Assembly (NCBI GenBank): GCA_051599415.1
Contig: AP039690.1
Location: 682,001-746,000 of the forward strand
Direction of reading: 5' to 3'
Length of the DNA: 64,000 nt
Source: Savitreella phatthalungensis
Taxonomy: Eukaryota
How positions within the stretch are numbered: the stretch's first letter is position 1; every line of letters starts with the position of its first letter. Positions 1 through 10,225 of this stretch are shown here, piece by piece. A program made the position numbers and the translations under genes. The notes under the pieces were generated by a model that saw nothing but the letters and a program-made list of their open reading frames with translations, was not told the origin of the DNA and did not search any database.

Positions 1-2
1 GG

Positions 3-509
3 TAGCAGATTGATGCCCCAGAATTGACTCGCAAGAAACACGTCCGTGCGGATGAAGCGATTGACATAGAGCGGTGTGATTTGACCTCCTTTCTCACCAT
101 CACGCTGGAAATAGACGCCGTGCACCATACCGTCCCCGTCAAACATGTGATAGTTTGCTCCAGGCTCTGGTGGAATAGCGCTATTGGGACCGTTGCGCAC
201 AAATTGGCCGTATGCGAGGAATTCGGGAATGGTGCCATGGACGAGATGACAGGGCTCTAGATGCATCTCGCGCATTTGTGGCCAATAATTGCCTGAGAGA
301 TATGGATGCTGTGAACGATGAGATTTTGAGCTGGAGCGCTGAACGCGTGCATCTTCCAGACGCGAGCCTACAGCGAGTTCTTCCATGTCGCTATCTGGCA
401 AGAGCTGTGGATCTGCAGAGGTGCTGCCTGTTGGATCTAGACAGTGTGCTAATGGTGCAGAGATATGTGGAGTGCTCGGAATGACGAGCTTCGGGTATTG
501 TTCTGTCAT
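3..509 (-). CDS. Carotenoid cleavage oxygenase (RPE65/CCD family, CarX/Cao-like), 5' part only; runs off the left edge
   Basis: Not in the ORF track because there is no stop in the window. Manual minus-strand translation from ATG 509: MTEQYPK...HPYLSGNYWP...GTIPEFLAYGQFVRNGPN...YHMFDGDGMVHGVYF...YVNRFIRTD, the diagnostic N-terminal CCD motifs (RNGPN, HxFDGDGM). In-frame stop upstream at 552-554. Confidence 0.9.
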   Translation of the reverse strand, partial: MTEQYPKLVIPSTPHISAPLAHCLDPTGSTSADPQLLPDSDMEELAVGSRLEDARVQRSSSKSHRSQHPYLSGNYWPQMREMHLEPCHLVHGTIPEFLAYGQFVRNGPNSAIPPEPGANYHMFDGDGMVHGVYFQRDGEKGGQITPLYVNRFIRTDVFLASQFWGINLL

Positions 510-2622
510 GCAGGACTCATCGTCAAGGTGTAGTCTGAGTGCTTGAAGAGACTAGAGACTGATTCGAAAGCTGGGCACTTGATGTGTCAGACAGTCATCA
601 CGGTGTACAAGCAGACATAGACTCTTTGGAGACCCTCTTGGACTTGGACTTGCTAGTGAAACGCGCGTCGACCTGTGATGCTGGATGGATATTGAGTATA
701 GTGGTTGATGATGTCTTCAGAACCAGAGGATGTGATGCTTGGAATTGTGAAACAGGGAGCTCTACTGCTCCGACTGTAATGCACCGACCCACTGACCTGT
801 TGGAGATTGGATGAAACGCAAATCAGAATGAGATTACACGTCTCTGGTTAGCTGACATGTGAATGCGATCCATCTGGCCTTTTGATATCAAAGATCATCT
901 GCTCTTCCTACGCACTCAGACTTGGATACTGACTGGTGTATAAGGTTAGGATTACAAAATTTGAAAAACACAGCCACAGACGTCATAACTCCAATTCAAG
1001 CTCGGAAAAAAATCTAACATTCACGTGCAAGTCTGCAGCAGCACTTAAAATTCCGGAGAAATGCACGCAGCAGGTCAACCCACAAACGCATAAATCGACA
1101 CAAGTAGAATCTGCGTGCCCTTCATAGAGCTTATGTGCATGACTGACTGATGTAGCGGTGTCAATGTGGCTGACCACGGCTGATCCCCATGCTGCACATA
1201 ACATATGATCGATGATGCAGACTAACGTGTTTGTACGCAAGTCTATGCAAGTATATACATGCGTTACTGTTCGTCGGTCCGCCTTCAGATGATTTCAATC
1301 ACAATGTCATCTATTGAGACTGCTTTTCCCCATGACTGCGCTTCCACTTGACTGCACGTAGAGGTTGATTGCTGTTTAATCGTTCTTTCCTGCAGCAGCA
1401 GCAACCTGACAGACTGTGGAGAGCTCCACGCTGACTCTCGTCGCGCTCTCTTAAATCATCAGTCAACGTATTAATCGGATGTCGTACGCATTCCACAATT
1501 TCCTCCTCGCTTGCCGCCAAACCAGCTCACTTTGCCATGCATCATGTCCTCAGCACAGTGCAAGCGCCGAAAGCACGCATTCCTGAATGTTTCTATTTCC
1601 AGCGCGCATTTCCATCAAGCGATTGAAGTGGATTACAGTTGATTACGCGTGATTACAAGTTGAAATAAGCTTTGTCACTTGGTAGCCTCGTTCAGGCGAT
1701 GAATCAACACTAAGAAGCTGTCGAAAACTACAAGAGTCTATGATCGCATGCTCAATTGACTCGCGTGCAAGTTCGCCATGAGCGGGTGGAGTGTCCGGTC
1801 ACACACGCATGACTCTATGTCAGATCAGCCACTGCATGGGCTGAATCGATCTGTAGTCATGTCCGGCGGCTATCCACACTATGAGATGGTCACTTGACCA
1901 GCACACAGCGCGCTTCTTTTCTTCTCAGCACACGCACGTTCATGCGTATCCGCATGGAACATGATCAGCTGAGCCGATAGAAAGAGCGCTGATCAAGTGT
2001 AGAGACCTGTGGGACAGCTGTGAGTGATGTATGCGAAGATGATCCTGCCGCCGGAGTTCTGATGAGTGATTGAAGGACTTTGAGTGACAGGACAGATGAC
2101 CTAAATGAGCCATCGAATGAACACTCAAATGATCTCCTTGCATATGTAAGAGCATATCGCTTACGGCATTACCAACTTTGGCTATTCTCGGGTCTGGCTG
2201 AGTCCTCAGAGTTTACATACCGCTGATTTCCTGCGACTAATGTCTCCACGGTGCCATGCTACCACCTTGACGTTTCAGTACGCAGGCACCACGAGTTACA
2301 CGAGCAGTATCTGAACACACTCGAGCGGGAAATCGCCCAGCCGTCACGGCGACAATGCTGCTTGCACATCACGCCATGGAAATGCTTTTTGCCTACTTAA
2401 AAGGAAAGACCACGCCTGCGACACAAATTCTCAAGACAAGGCTTTTCCCCGTCTCCGTCCTCACAATCATCCGCTCCACTGTCCTCACACACTCTTTTGG
2501 CAGATCGCGATCCAAGCTTTTAGTCATCTTCACGCCTTCACTTTCCATCGATTACATCTTCTCACAGTCCAACCCAAGTCACTCTCTCTTTACGCATCTG
2601 CCTTGAGCATCAATTCACTCCA

Positions 2623-4104
2623 ATGCTCATCTCCTTCATCAACCTCATTGGGTACGCATCAGCTACAGACCTCGTCATTCTCAAAGCAGCGTCCGGCATC
2701 GCTCTCGATGGCGCTGGCTTCAAGCTCAGAGACGAAGTCCGCCAGGCATCCATGAAGCTTGCTGTGGGTACAACACCTCAACAAGACACAAACACTTCCA
2801 GTCCAATGACGATCGGCACTCGTCCGCATCGCTCTGCGCTCTACTTGGATGTGAAGTACGAATCACAGAGCGGCAAGACTTTCAACGTCATGTTTGACAC
2901 CGGCAGTCCGATGTCCTGGAACGCAGGATATAACTCAAAAGTCAATCAGCTTCCGTCGCAGTTCTCTCCGGACACTACCTATGACATCGCTACGAGCAAC
3001 TCGACCGGAACGACTTTCGGTATCGCCTACGCTGATGGCGACTCTGTGCAAGGTCCAGTAATGACTGACGACCTGATCTTGTCAGACAGCACGCGTATTC
3101 CTGGCATCAGTGTGCTCACGACTTACGTGGCCAACAAACTGCCAGCTGCCGGTGGCTCAGAGATTCATGGCCTCCTCGCTGCAGGTCTTCCGAACAACGC
3201 GCGCAAGTACAACAATTTCTGGCAGGCCGCCACCGCGGCCAAGACATTCGCACAGAATACACTGCTCCTCTCTGTCGGCGGAGGGCTTGACAATTTCACC
3301 GCGAGCCTGACGTTCGGCGGGATGCCACAAAACTACCCGATCTCCTTCTTCGGCGATTTTCTACCTTGCTCAGCCAACAACTATGTCAAGTCACGTGATT
3401 GGACCTGGTCATTCGATGTTTCGGCCTACAAGATTGGCTCCGATGGCGAAGAACGGCCAATCAAGAGTGAATCGGTCGTCATTCCGTCCTACTACGTGGC
3501 TAATGAGACGGTTGGCGATGTCAATGTCGCTCGTCGTGACGTCGATCATGAATTTCAGAAGCGCGCTTGGGACCGCAAATACGTGACAAATGAACAACAA
3601 CCTGTGGCGACAGTGGATGCTGGAACAACCTTCGTGGTGGTCGACTTTGAGACTCTCCACGCTGTTCAGGCTGCTTGGGAAGGGTCAACCCTATTGCCGA
3701 CCGGCAACTTGCTAGGCGTTCCATGCGATCTACGTGGCGCGCCTGACGGGATCTACTGGAAAGCTACACAGACCGGAAAATGGGTGTCGCTGAAATTCGT
3801 GCTAGACAACGCTATTGTCGCTACCCGTGACGCCGTTGGCTACAACCAGCTTCCCGACGACTACTGTGTCCTTGTTCTGTTCGCTCAAGCCAATTTACAC
3901 CCTGGTCCGATCTTGGGACTTCCCTTCATCGCGCAGAACGATGTCATCTTCGATTACGACAACCTCCAGGTCGGACTGGCCAACAAGCTCGATCCAACAG
4001 TCGGACTTTCAGGTATCGCTCCCACTGCCACTCCCATGCCCTCGACGGGCTCTCAACAAGCTCCGGCGCAGACGTCTATCCCGACGCCAGCCGCAAGCGC
4101 CTAA
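2623..4104 (+). CDS. Secreted pepsin-like (A1) aspartic protease with S/T/P-rich tail
   Basis: Hydrophobic N-terminus; FDTGS (Asp codon 2896); flap YADG; second motif VDAGTT (Asp codon 3616); ILGLPF...VIFDYDNLQVGLA C-terminal A1 signature. Confidence 0.88.
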   Translation: MLISFINLIGYASATDLVILKAASGIALDGAGFKLRDEVRQASMKLAVGTTPQQDTNTSSPMTIGTRPHRSALYLDVKYESQSGKTFNVMFDTGSPMSWNAGYNSKVNQLPSQFSPDTTYDIATSNSTGTTFGIAYADGDSVQGPVMTDDLILSDSTRIPGISVLTTYVANKLPAAGGSEIHGLLAAGLPNNARKYNNFWQAATAAKTFAQNTLLLSVGGGLDNFTASLTFGGMPQNYPISFFGDFLPCSANNYVKSRDWTWSFDVSAYKIGSDGEERPIKSESVVIPSYYVANETVGDVNVARRDVDHEFQKRAWDRKYVTNEQQPVATVDAGTTFVVVDFETLHAVQAAWEGSTLLPTGNLLGVPCDLRGAPDGIYWKATQTGKWVSLKFVLDNAIVATRDAVGYNQLPDDYCVLVLFAQANLHPGPILGLPFIAQNDVIFDYDNLQVGLANKLDPTVGLSGIAPTATPMPSTGSQQAPAQTSIPTPAASA

Positions 4105-4143
4105 GTATACCCCTGACAATCCACTCGTCAATCACTCACACAG

Positions 4144-4158
4144 ACACACACACACACA
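4144..4158. repeat. (AC)n microsatellite
   Basis: acacacacacacaca just downstream of the protease stop codon. Confidence 0.8.
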
Positions 4159-4255
4159 ACTCTGCATGAAGCAAAGCGCTCTTACCATAGCGCTCGGTAG
4201 TCACCGTCTACTCTCCTTTAATTCAATTGCGATTCCTGATCAAAGAGCTCGTGTC

Positions 4256-5287
4256 CTAGGAACGTGTCTGTTTGTGTGCGTTACGAGACTCGCGATGCTG
4301 GACGAGTGAGTAGTACGCAATCCCTACCAACGCAATTGCCATTCCCACCAAAGATACCCCCTTCCCTGGAATACTCCCTCCCCTCCCTCCCCACACAGTC
4401 GCCACACTCCATCCAACCGCAACAATCACAAGCGTCTTTGCATGACCGAGGACGGTGGAGGTCAAGGGGGACGTCCTCTGCACGACCTGGAACTGCGATA
4501 CGTTGATAAGCACAGCCAGTGCGCCTGACATGATTGGCAAAGTGATCTTCGGTGGAACAGCGACCGGGATCCTGTCCACAAACGGACTAAGCGCCACCAG
4601 CATCACCGCTGACACTGGCGCCTGGCACGCTAGCAGCTGCATCGCCGACACACCCACCTTCTCACGGTAGTGCCCTATCCAGAGCGTGTACACGGCCGAC
4701 GCACACACCCCGCCTACCGCCAGCACGACCCCACCGACAGTCGTCGCCGTGCTGGTGTGCGCGGACGCGTCGGCGATCGTGGTCAAGGCGACGCCCGCGC
4801 ACACGGGCACGATGGCGATCGCGCGTGCTCGCGAGAGCGGGTGGCTGTAGAGGAGGGTGCCGATGGCAGCGGTTGCCGGGGTGACGAGGACGCGGAGCAG
4901 CTGGTAGGTCGGGACTGAGCACCGAGCGAGTGCGGCGTTCGGGAGGAGGACGTTGGCGCAGAACGCGATGGAGAGTGGGAGGACTGATCGGATGGATACT
5001 CGTCGGGGCTCAAACACCCCAAGCACCGAGCTCATCACCGTCAGCGTGACAAACGTGCAGAGAAAGTGGAACGCAGCAAACAGGACCTGCGCATCACGAA
5101 GGTCAGGCTGGCTGAAGACGGCCTTGTTGATGAAGACGATTCCGACAGTGCTGGCTGTGTTGATGAACATCCAGATGAGCGTGGTGATGCGGCCGTTCGG
5201 CGGTGGTGTAGGTTTTGGTAGTGGTGGCATCGGCGCTGTCAACTCGATCGCCACATCGCCCTTCTCAAGAGCGCTTGGTGTTGACAT
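4256..5287 (-). CDS. Nucleotide-sugar/triose-phosphate transporter family protein (SLC35E3-like)
   Basis: About 10 TM helices; IVFINK, YQLLRVLVTP, TSPLTSTVLGHAKT motifs. Start placed at ATG 5287 (MSTPSALEK) rather than the track's non-ATG start. Confidence 0.85.
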   Translation of the reverse strand: MSTPSALEKGDVAIELTAPMPPLPKPTPPPNGRITTLIWMFINTASTVGIVFINKAVFSQPDLRDAQVLFAAFHFLCTFVTLTVMSSVLGVFEPRRVSIRSVLPLSIAFCANVLLPNAALARCSVPTYQLLRVLVTPATAAIGTLLYSHPLSRARAIAIVPVCAGVALTTIADASAHTSTATTVGGVVLAVGGVCASAVYTLWIGHYREKVGVSAMQLLACQAPVSAVMLVALSPFVDRIPVAVPPKITLPIMSGALAVLINVSQFQVVQRTSPLTSTVLGHAKTLVIVAVGWSVATVWGGRGGSIPGKGVSLVGMAIALVGIAYYSLVQHRESRNAHKQTRS

Positions 5288-5523
5288 GGCGCAGGGTGTG
5301 TGAGATCGAGACGTTAGAAATGCTAGCTCACACAGTCGACGGAGGTGGTCGTGCCGCAGTCTTTCAACCACTCACTTTGACACGGATGATTGCGATCGCA
5401 GTCAACACGCACTCTCAACGTGGCACACAGTCACCTTTCTTATCATCATGGCTAGATCAGCATGACTTGGCGATGAGGTTTCGATGAGACTTTGCTATAC
5501 AGTTGTGTTACAGGTAGATCATC

Positions 5524-8154
5524 TCAGCCCGGCAATGTGTACTCGATCGTGATACCACCCTTGTCATCTTTGTCCTCCTTCTTGGCGGTATCAATGGATG
5601 GTAGGGCTTGGACGGTTGTGTGCTGGTGGTGCATAGTGCCTCGGACGTGTTGCTGACCTGCTGGTCCTGCGGAGTTGACGGCGTAGTCTCTGGCGATCCG
5701 CTTTCTAATCTGGAGGCCCTTGAAGAACTTTCGCCATCGAGCGAGGACGACTTGCTCGCGCTTCTGCAGGTCTTTTCGACGCTTCAGACGCTCTGCTTCC
5801 TTCCAGGCGGCCATCAGGGTCTCAACATGCTCTTCGGCCACGAGCACTCCTGAGATCTGCGGAAATGCTCCGCGACGTCGAAAGTCAAAGCCGACAACAG
5901 CTTCAGCGTGATCGATCTCGAGCTGCTTACAGATCCGTGCCATTCCACGGTATGGCAGGTGCGCGCCACCTTTGGGAATCATCGATGGCGTGAAGATGTC
6001 GACGTTGCCGTAGGAGTTCTTCGGGATGATACCGTCCTTGATCGGAGGCGGGATGATGTACTCCGTCTGATCGATAGAGTAGATTGGTTGCATCACGGGC
6101 GAGCCGGTTTCTTGCTCCTGCTGCTCGTACTCTCGACGACGGTTTGTTGTGACTGCTCTTGCCTTGACCCATTTTCGAGGCTGTTCACCTTGCTTCACAC
6201 GACGCCCTTCCTTATGGTAGTTCTCGACAGTCAGGCAAGCGAGCACATCCGTCCGCAGATACACGGTCTCCTTCACGACCTTGTTGCCTTTGCCATTGAT
6301 GAAGACGCCCTGCTTCTTTGCTCCTGGTTTGAGAGCCTCTTTCTCGCGCAGGTGCTTCTCTATCACGAAGACCGGGTGTGCCTTCATTGCTGCCAGAGTT
6401 TCGGGTATCTGCTTGGGGTCGGCTTTTGGCTTTGCTTTCGGCTTGAGCTGCTCGTCTTCTGCTAGTGCAAAATCGGAGTCGTCTAAGGGCTTGAACAAGT
6501 TCAGTAGCCGACCTATGTCATGTTGTGCAGCCTGGCCAGGAGATGCACGCAGAAAGCTCTGTGCCATCTTGCCCGCGCTCTTCACATAGCGTAACGTCAC
6601 ATCCTTGATAGTGCCGCTAGCCTCGTACGCCAGAACGAATCCCATCACGCGCTTGAGACGCTCGGCCTCGCGGCCGGACGGCTGGAACCTCTTGAGATCG
6701 TCCGCGTCCACAAAAACGCGCTCGAAGACGATCGCATCCACAGTGAGCCACCGCTCCGATGTGTGATCCAGAACCTCTGTCCAGAAGATTGGGTAAGATT
6801 TTCGATACACGTAGCATTCAGGGGCGCCTTCTTCCTGCACGTCTTTGACGTCATCCTCGATATCGATAAAGTCGTCTGAATCAAGGGAGGACAACGAACT
6901 GTCATCAGAGATGTCAATCGCTGCTGCTGCTTTGACAGGTTGATTCTGCTTCTGTTTGGTGGATGACTGAGTGCTTTCTTTCGCCTTTTGGAACAGTAGA
7001 GCGTCGTCGTCCGCAGCACTGTACTGCTCAGCGTTATTCCACTTGTAGCCGAGTGCCTGGACGGAGAAGACAAGTCTCGCGCGTAAATGATAGCTTCGAA
7101 TGAGCGCTGTGAAGAGCTGAGCACCAAGATCGACGGAACCTGCCATCAACTTTGCCGCGTGCAGGTACGCCTTGTAGTCTGAGAACTCTTCGTAGTGCTG
7201 CGGCGCGTCATGCAGGAGCTCCTGGACCTCGCGCTCCCGCCGGTAGCCGTACCGTCGCAGCCCCGGCTTCAGGATACTGAACTTGCGCCTGAACCACGTC
7301 TTTGCTTTTCCAAGCCACTCGATCAGCTGTGTGGATGACAGGGTCCGCTGGTTCTTGGACGCGTGGACGAGTGCTTTGTGGAGACTTGGGTTACTCTTCT
7401 TCAACTTGCTTTGGAGCACGCGCTGCAAGGATCGCCGATTGATCCAGTTGTTCCGCAAGGCGCCGTGGAACAGCAGACATGTGCAGGATAGGAAGTGTGC
7501 GCGGACACGCTCCTGAACCTGTCTTGCAGATACCTTCCGAGCGCCGGTCTTCGTGTAGTCGATTCGCTCAGCAGCGTCGATAGTCAGATCGACGTCTCCC
7601 GCATCGGCACTTGTATTTGCCATACTATCATCGTGAAGCTCGACATTCTCCCACATGGCATCATCCTCATCCTCATCTTCGTCGTCGTCGTCGTCGTCCG
7701 GAGCTGACTCATTCGGATGCTTGCCGTCTGACAAAGGAACATGTCGGACTGGTGTATTGGTTGCGGCCGTTTTCACAGGCGTTGTGGCCGGCGTAGAGTC
7801 TTTTGGCGGCGCACGATCGTCATCTGAGCTATCGGTGTCGTTGTCGGTCGATGAGTAATTGTCTGCCATGCGCTTGAGGACATCGTCTGCCAGATTGGAT
7901 GCTTCACGACGTATGAATGCAGAATCCTTGGAGGACTTCGACACAGCGGCAGCAGATGCTGATGTCCGAGTGTGAGTACTCTTTCGTGATGCAGTGCGGG
8001 ACTGTACAGGTGCTGGAACTTCCGGTGCTGCAACATCACCCTGAGACGTGGCTTTGACACGCTTGGCAGGTTGATGGCGACTCGACTGTCGTACTCTTTT
8101 AGTCTGCTGAGGTTTTTCAGTGGCAGGATGCCGCTTCCGCTTTGTCTGCGGCAT
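5524..8154 (-). CDS. RAD4: Rad4/XPC nucleotide-excision-repair damage sensor
   Basis: Transglutaminase-like region (GSVDLGAQLFTALIRS, YPIFWTEV, KDVTLRY) and BHD domains (HPVFVIEKHL, IPKNSYGNVDIF, AVVGFDF). Confidence 0.95.
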   Translation of the reverse strand: MPQTKRKRHPATEKPQQTKRVRQSSRHQPAKRVKATSQGDVAAPEVPAPVQSRTASRKSTHTRTSASAAAVSKSSKDSAFIRREASNLADDVLKRMADNYSSTDNDTDSSDDDRAPPKDSTPATTPVKTAATNTPVRHVPLSDGKHPNESAPDDDDDDEDEDEDDAMWENVELHDDSMANTSADAGDVDLTIDAAERIDYTKTGARKVSARQVQERVRAHFLSCTCLLFHGALRNNWINRRSLQRVLQSKLKKSNPSLHKALVHASKNQRTLSSTQLIEWLGKAKTWFRRKFSILKPGLRRYGYRREREVQELLHDAPQHYEEFSDYKAYLHAAKLMAGSVDLGAQLFTALIRSYHLRARLVFSVQALGYKWNNAEQYSAADDDALLFQKAKESTQSSTKQKQNQPVKAAAAIDISDDSSLSSLDSDDFIDIEDDVKDVQEEGAPECYVYRKSYPIFWTEVLDHTSERWLTVDAIVFERVFVDADDLKRFQPSGREAERLKRVMGFVLAYEASGTIKDVTLRYVKSAGKMAQSFLRASPGQAAQHDIGRLLNLFKPLDDSDFALAEDEQLKPKAKPKADPKQIPETLAAMKAHPVFVIEKHLREKEALKPGAKKQGVFINGKGNKVVKETVYLRTDVLACLTVENYHKEGRRVKQGEQPRKWVKARAVTTNRRREYEQQEQETGSPVMQPIYSIDQTEYIIPPPIKDGIIPKNSYGNVDIFTPSMIPKGGAHLPYRGMARICKQLEIDHAEAVVGFDFRRRGAFPQISGVLVAEEHVETLMAAWKEAERLKRRKDLQKREQVVLARWRKFFKGLQIRKRIARDYAVNSAGPAGQQHVRGTMHHQHTTVQALPSIDTAKKEDKDDKGGITIEYTLPG

Positions 8155-8571
8155 GATGAGAGCGTTCGCTATCCGGCAGACGCTATGAATGCGATGCCTT
8201 GCCTTGTTATAAGGATATCCACTGCCTAATTATTATGACGTACCTAAATAGGCGTTTATATTGTTTGATCGACCACATCCTCGGACACCGTTGAAATGAT
8301 CAGTCTAAGTTTGACAAGCTGGATATGCACACATGACAAAGTTGGGCAGATGCACAACCACTAGCATATGCAGCTGTGGATAGAAGGATGGACTACGTAG
8401 TCGGACAGACTGACTCTACAGATTGCTGCCATTGTGCAGGACGGGCACGTAGATCATCTGAGGGTCATGTAAATGTAATGTAATGTAAATAAGGTCTATG
8501 ATGAATAGGATATGAAGGGTTAGTCATATGCGTGAAGCTGCTTGATTCTTTTTTGGTTCAGGCTGAGTGGT

Positions 8572-9720
8572 TCACTTGCTGGCCTGCTTCTTGTTGTCTG
8601 GCTTGCGAGCGACGAAGAGGTACATGGGCGTGAAGAGCTTTTGCTGACCTCCTGCGACGAGAGCGTCTGCGGCCACTTCGAGGGCGTGTCCGACGTCCCG
8701 GGTTCCCTTTGGCGCGAGTCCGACCTTCTCGAGCAGTCCGATGCCGTTCTGGGTGATGAGTCTGCCTACTCTTGTCATGCGGAAGCAGGTGGCGATGTCC
8801 CAGAGCGTCTGGCAATTTGACAACTTGCCCTCGAGCGGGTAGTACCAGGGCACGAAGCCGTCGTCGTCAGCCAGGTCCTGGCTGTGCTCAATCTCGAATC
8901 CGACGGCCTTGAGTGCACGGACGGCCTCCTCGATCTTGACCATCTGCGGGATACCGTCACCAACTTCAATTCCGTAAGCAATCTCACGGTGCTTCTTATT
9001 CTCCGGGTCGTACTTGTCCGTCATCAACCACTCGTACACACCAAACACGCCGCCTGGCTTCAGCACTCGGAAGATCTCCCCGTACACACCCTCAAGCTTG
9101 GGTGCATGGACAGTGGCCTCGATCGCGTAGACGTTGTCGAACGTCGCGTCCTCGAACGGCATCTGCATGAAGTCGCCCTTGACAAAGTCGAGCTGCTTGC
9201 TGAGCCCGCGTCGCTCAGCGTACACCTTTGCACGTGTGATTTGGTAATCGTTGTTGTTGAGACCTGTGATGTGGGCGCCTGTGAACTCTGCAATCTCACG
9301 AGCAGGTCCGCCTACACCGCAGCCGACATCAAGCACCTTTGCTCCAGTTGGGATGTTCATCTTGTGGGCAAGGTAGTGCTCGTGGCGGGCGATCGCCTGG
9401 TAGAATGCCTCGCCCTTGTAGTAGCGAGCAAAGTGGAATGACTGTCCCCATCCGTATTCGTACAAGTCAGTCGCCAGGTTGTAGTATGCGTTCGTCAGAC
9501 CAGTGTAGTCTTCCAATCTGCCAGCCATGTTGTCGTCAGCATTGTCTCCAGCCTTGCGCTCGAAGAACTTGAGGTACGCATCTGCTTCTGCGGCGGCTGC
9601 ATCCTTGTTACGGTTGAAAATGGCGCCAATGCCGGTGCTGGCGGTGTTGTCCTTGCCATGGATAGCCTCAGAATGTTGCTTGTCGCGCGTCTGGATCAGC
9701 TGGCGGTTGTTCGACGACAT
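8572..9720 (-). CDS. ERG6: Sterol 24-C-methyltransferase
   Basis: YEYGWGQSFHFA, VLDVGCGVGGPAREI, IEATVHAP, LFTPMYLFVARKP. Confidence 0.98.
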   Translation of the reverse strand: MSSNNRQLIQTRDKQHSEAIHGKDNTASTGIGAIFNRNKDAAAAEADAYLKFFERKAGDNADDNMAGRLEDYTGLTNAYYNLATDLYEYGWGQSFHFARYYKGEAFYQAIARHEHYLAHKMNIPTGAKVLDVGCGVGGPAREIAEFTGAHITGLNNNDYQITRAKVYAERRGLSKQLDFVKGDFMQMPFEDATFDNVYAIEATVHAPKLEGVYGEIFRVLKPGGVFGVYEWLMTDKYDPENKKHREIAYGIEVGDGIPQMVKIEEAVRALKAVGFEIEHSQDLADDDGFVPWYYPLEGKLSNCQTLWDIATCFRMTRVGRLITQNGIGLLEKVGLAPKGTRDVGHALEVAADALVAGGQQKLFTPMYLFVARKPDNKKQASK

Positions 9721-9972
9721 GCTGAACGATCAAGAGGAGAGACAAGAAGAAGAAGACGGGCGTAGAAATGACCGGTCTCAAGTACCGCGTTTGAGGGATA
9801 TAGTCCTTGCGCTTGCGACAGCACTGGCGACTGTTAGAGACTGAGGATGCCGGCGGTGAGCTTGCTGTGTTTGTTGGTGTGCTTGCGCCTCTGTGGTCTT
9901 GCTTGCGCGCTTCACACAGCCAAGAGTTTACCCGCTTGCTTGCCTGTTGTTGCTGGAGCAGATGAAATTTTG

Positions 9973-9984
9973 AATCGTACGATT
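9973..9984. promoter_or_regulatory. Perfect palindrome AATCGTACGATT, candidate sterol-regulatory element of ERG6
   Basis: 12-bp palindrome about 255 bp upstream of the ERG6 ATG; resembles fungal SREBP-type ATCNNNNNAT and Upc2-type TCGTA cores. Confidence 0.55.
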
Positions 9985-10225
9985 TTTCGCGGAGACTTTT
10001 TCCTGGACTAGCACGTGACTGTCACACTTCCGGGACTCAAAAACACATGTATTGGGTCTGAGGATATACAGATCAGCATTGCAGGACAATCAAGCTCATG
10101 CACAGACAGATAAACACGAATGTCGCCACCTACTCTTCATGTTCGTGATCATTATAATGCATTAATGCTATGCTATAAGCGTGAAGAGAAGCCTTTTGGA
10201 TCTCGACATTTTCTCTCACTCGTTT

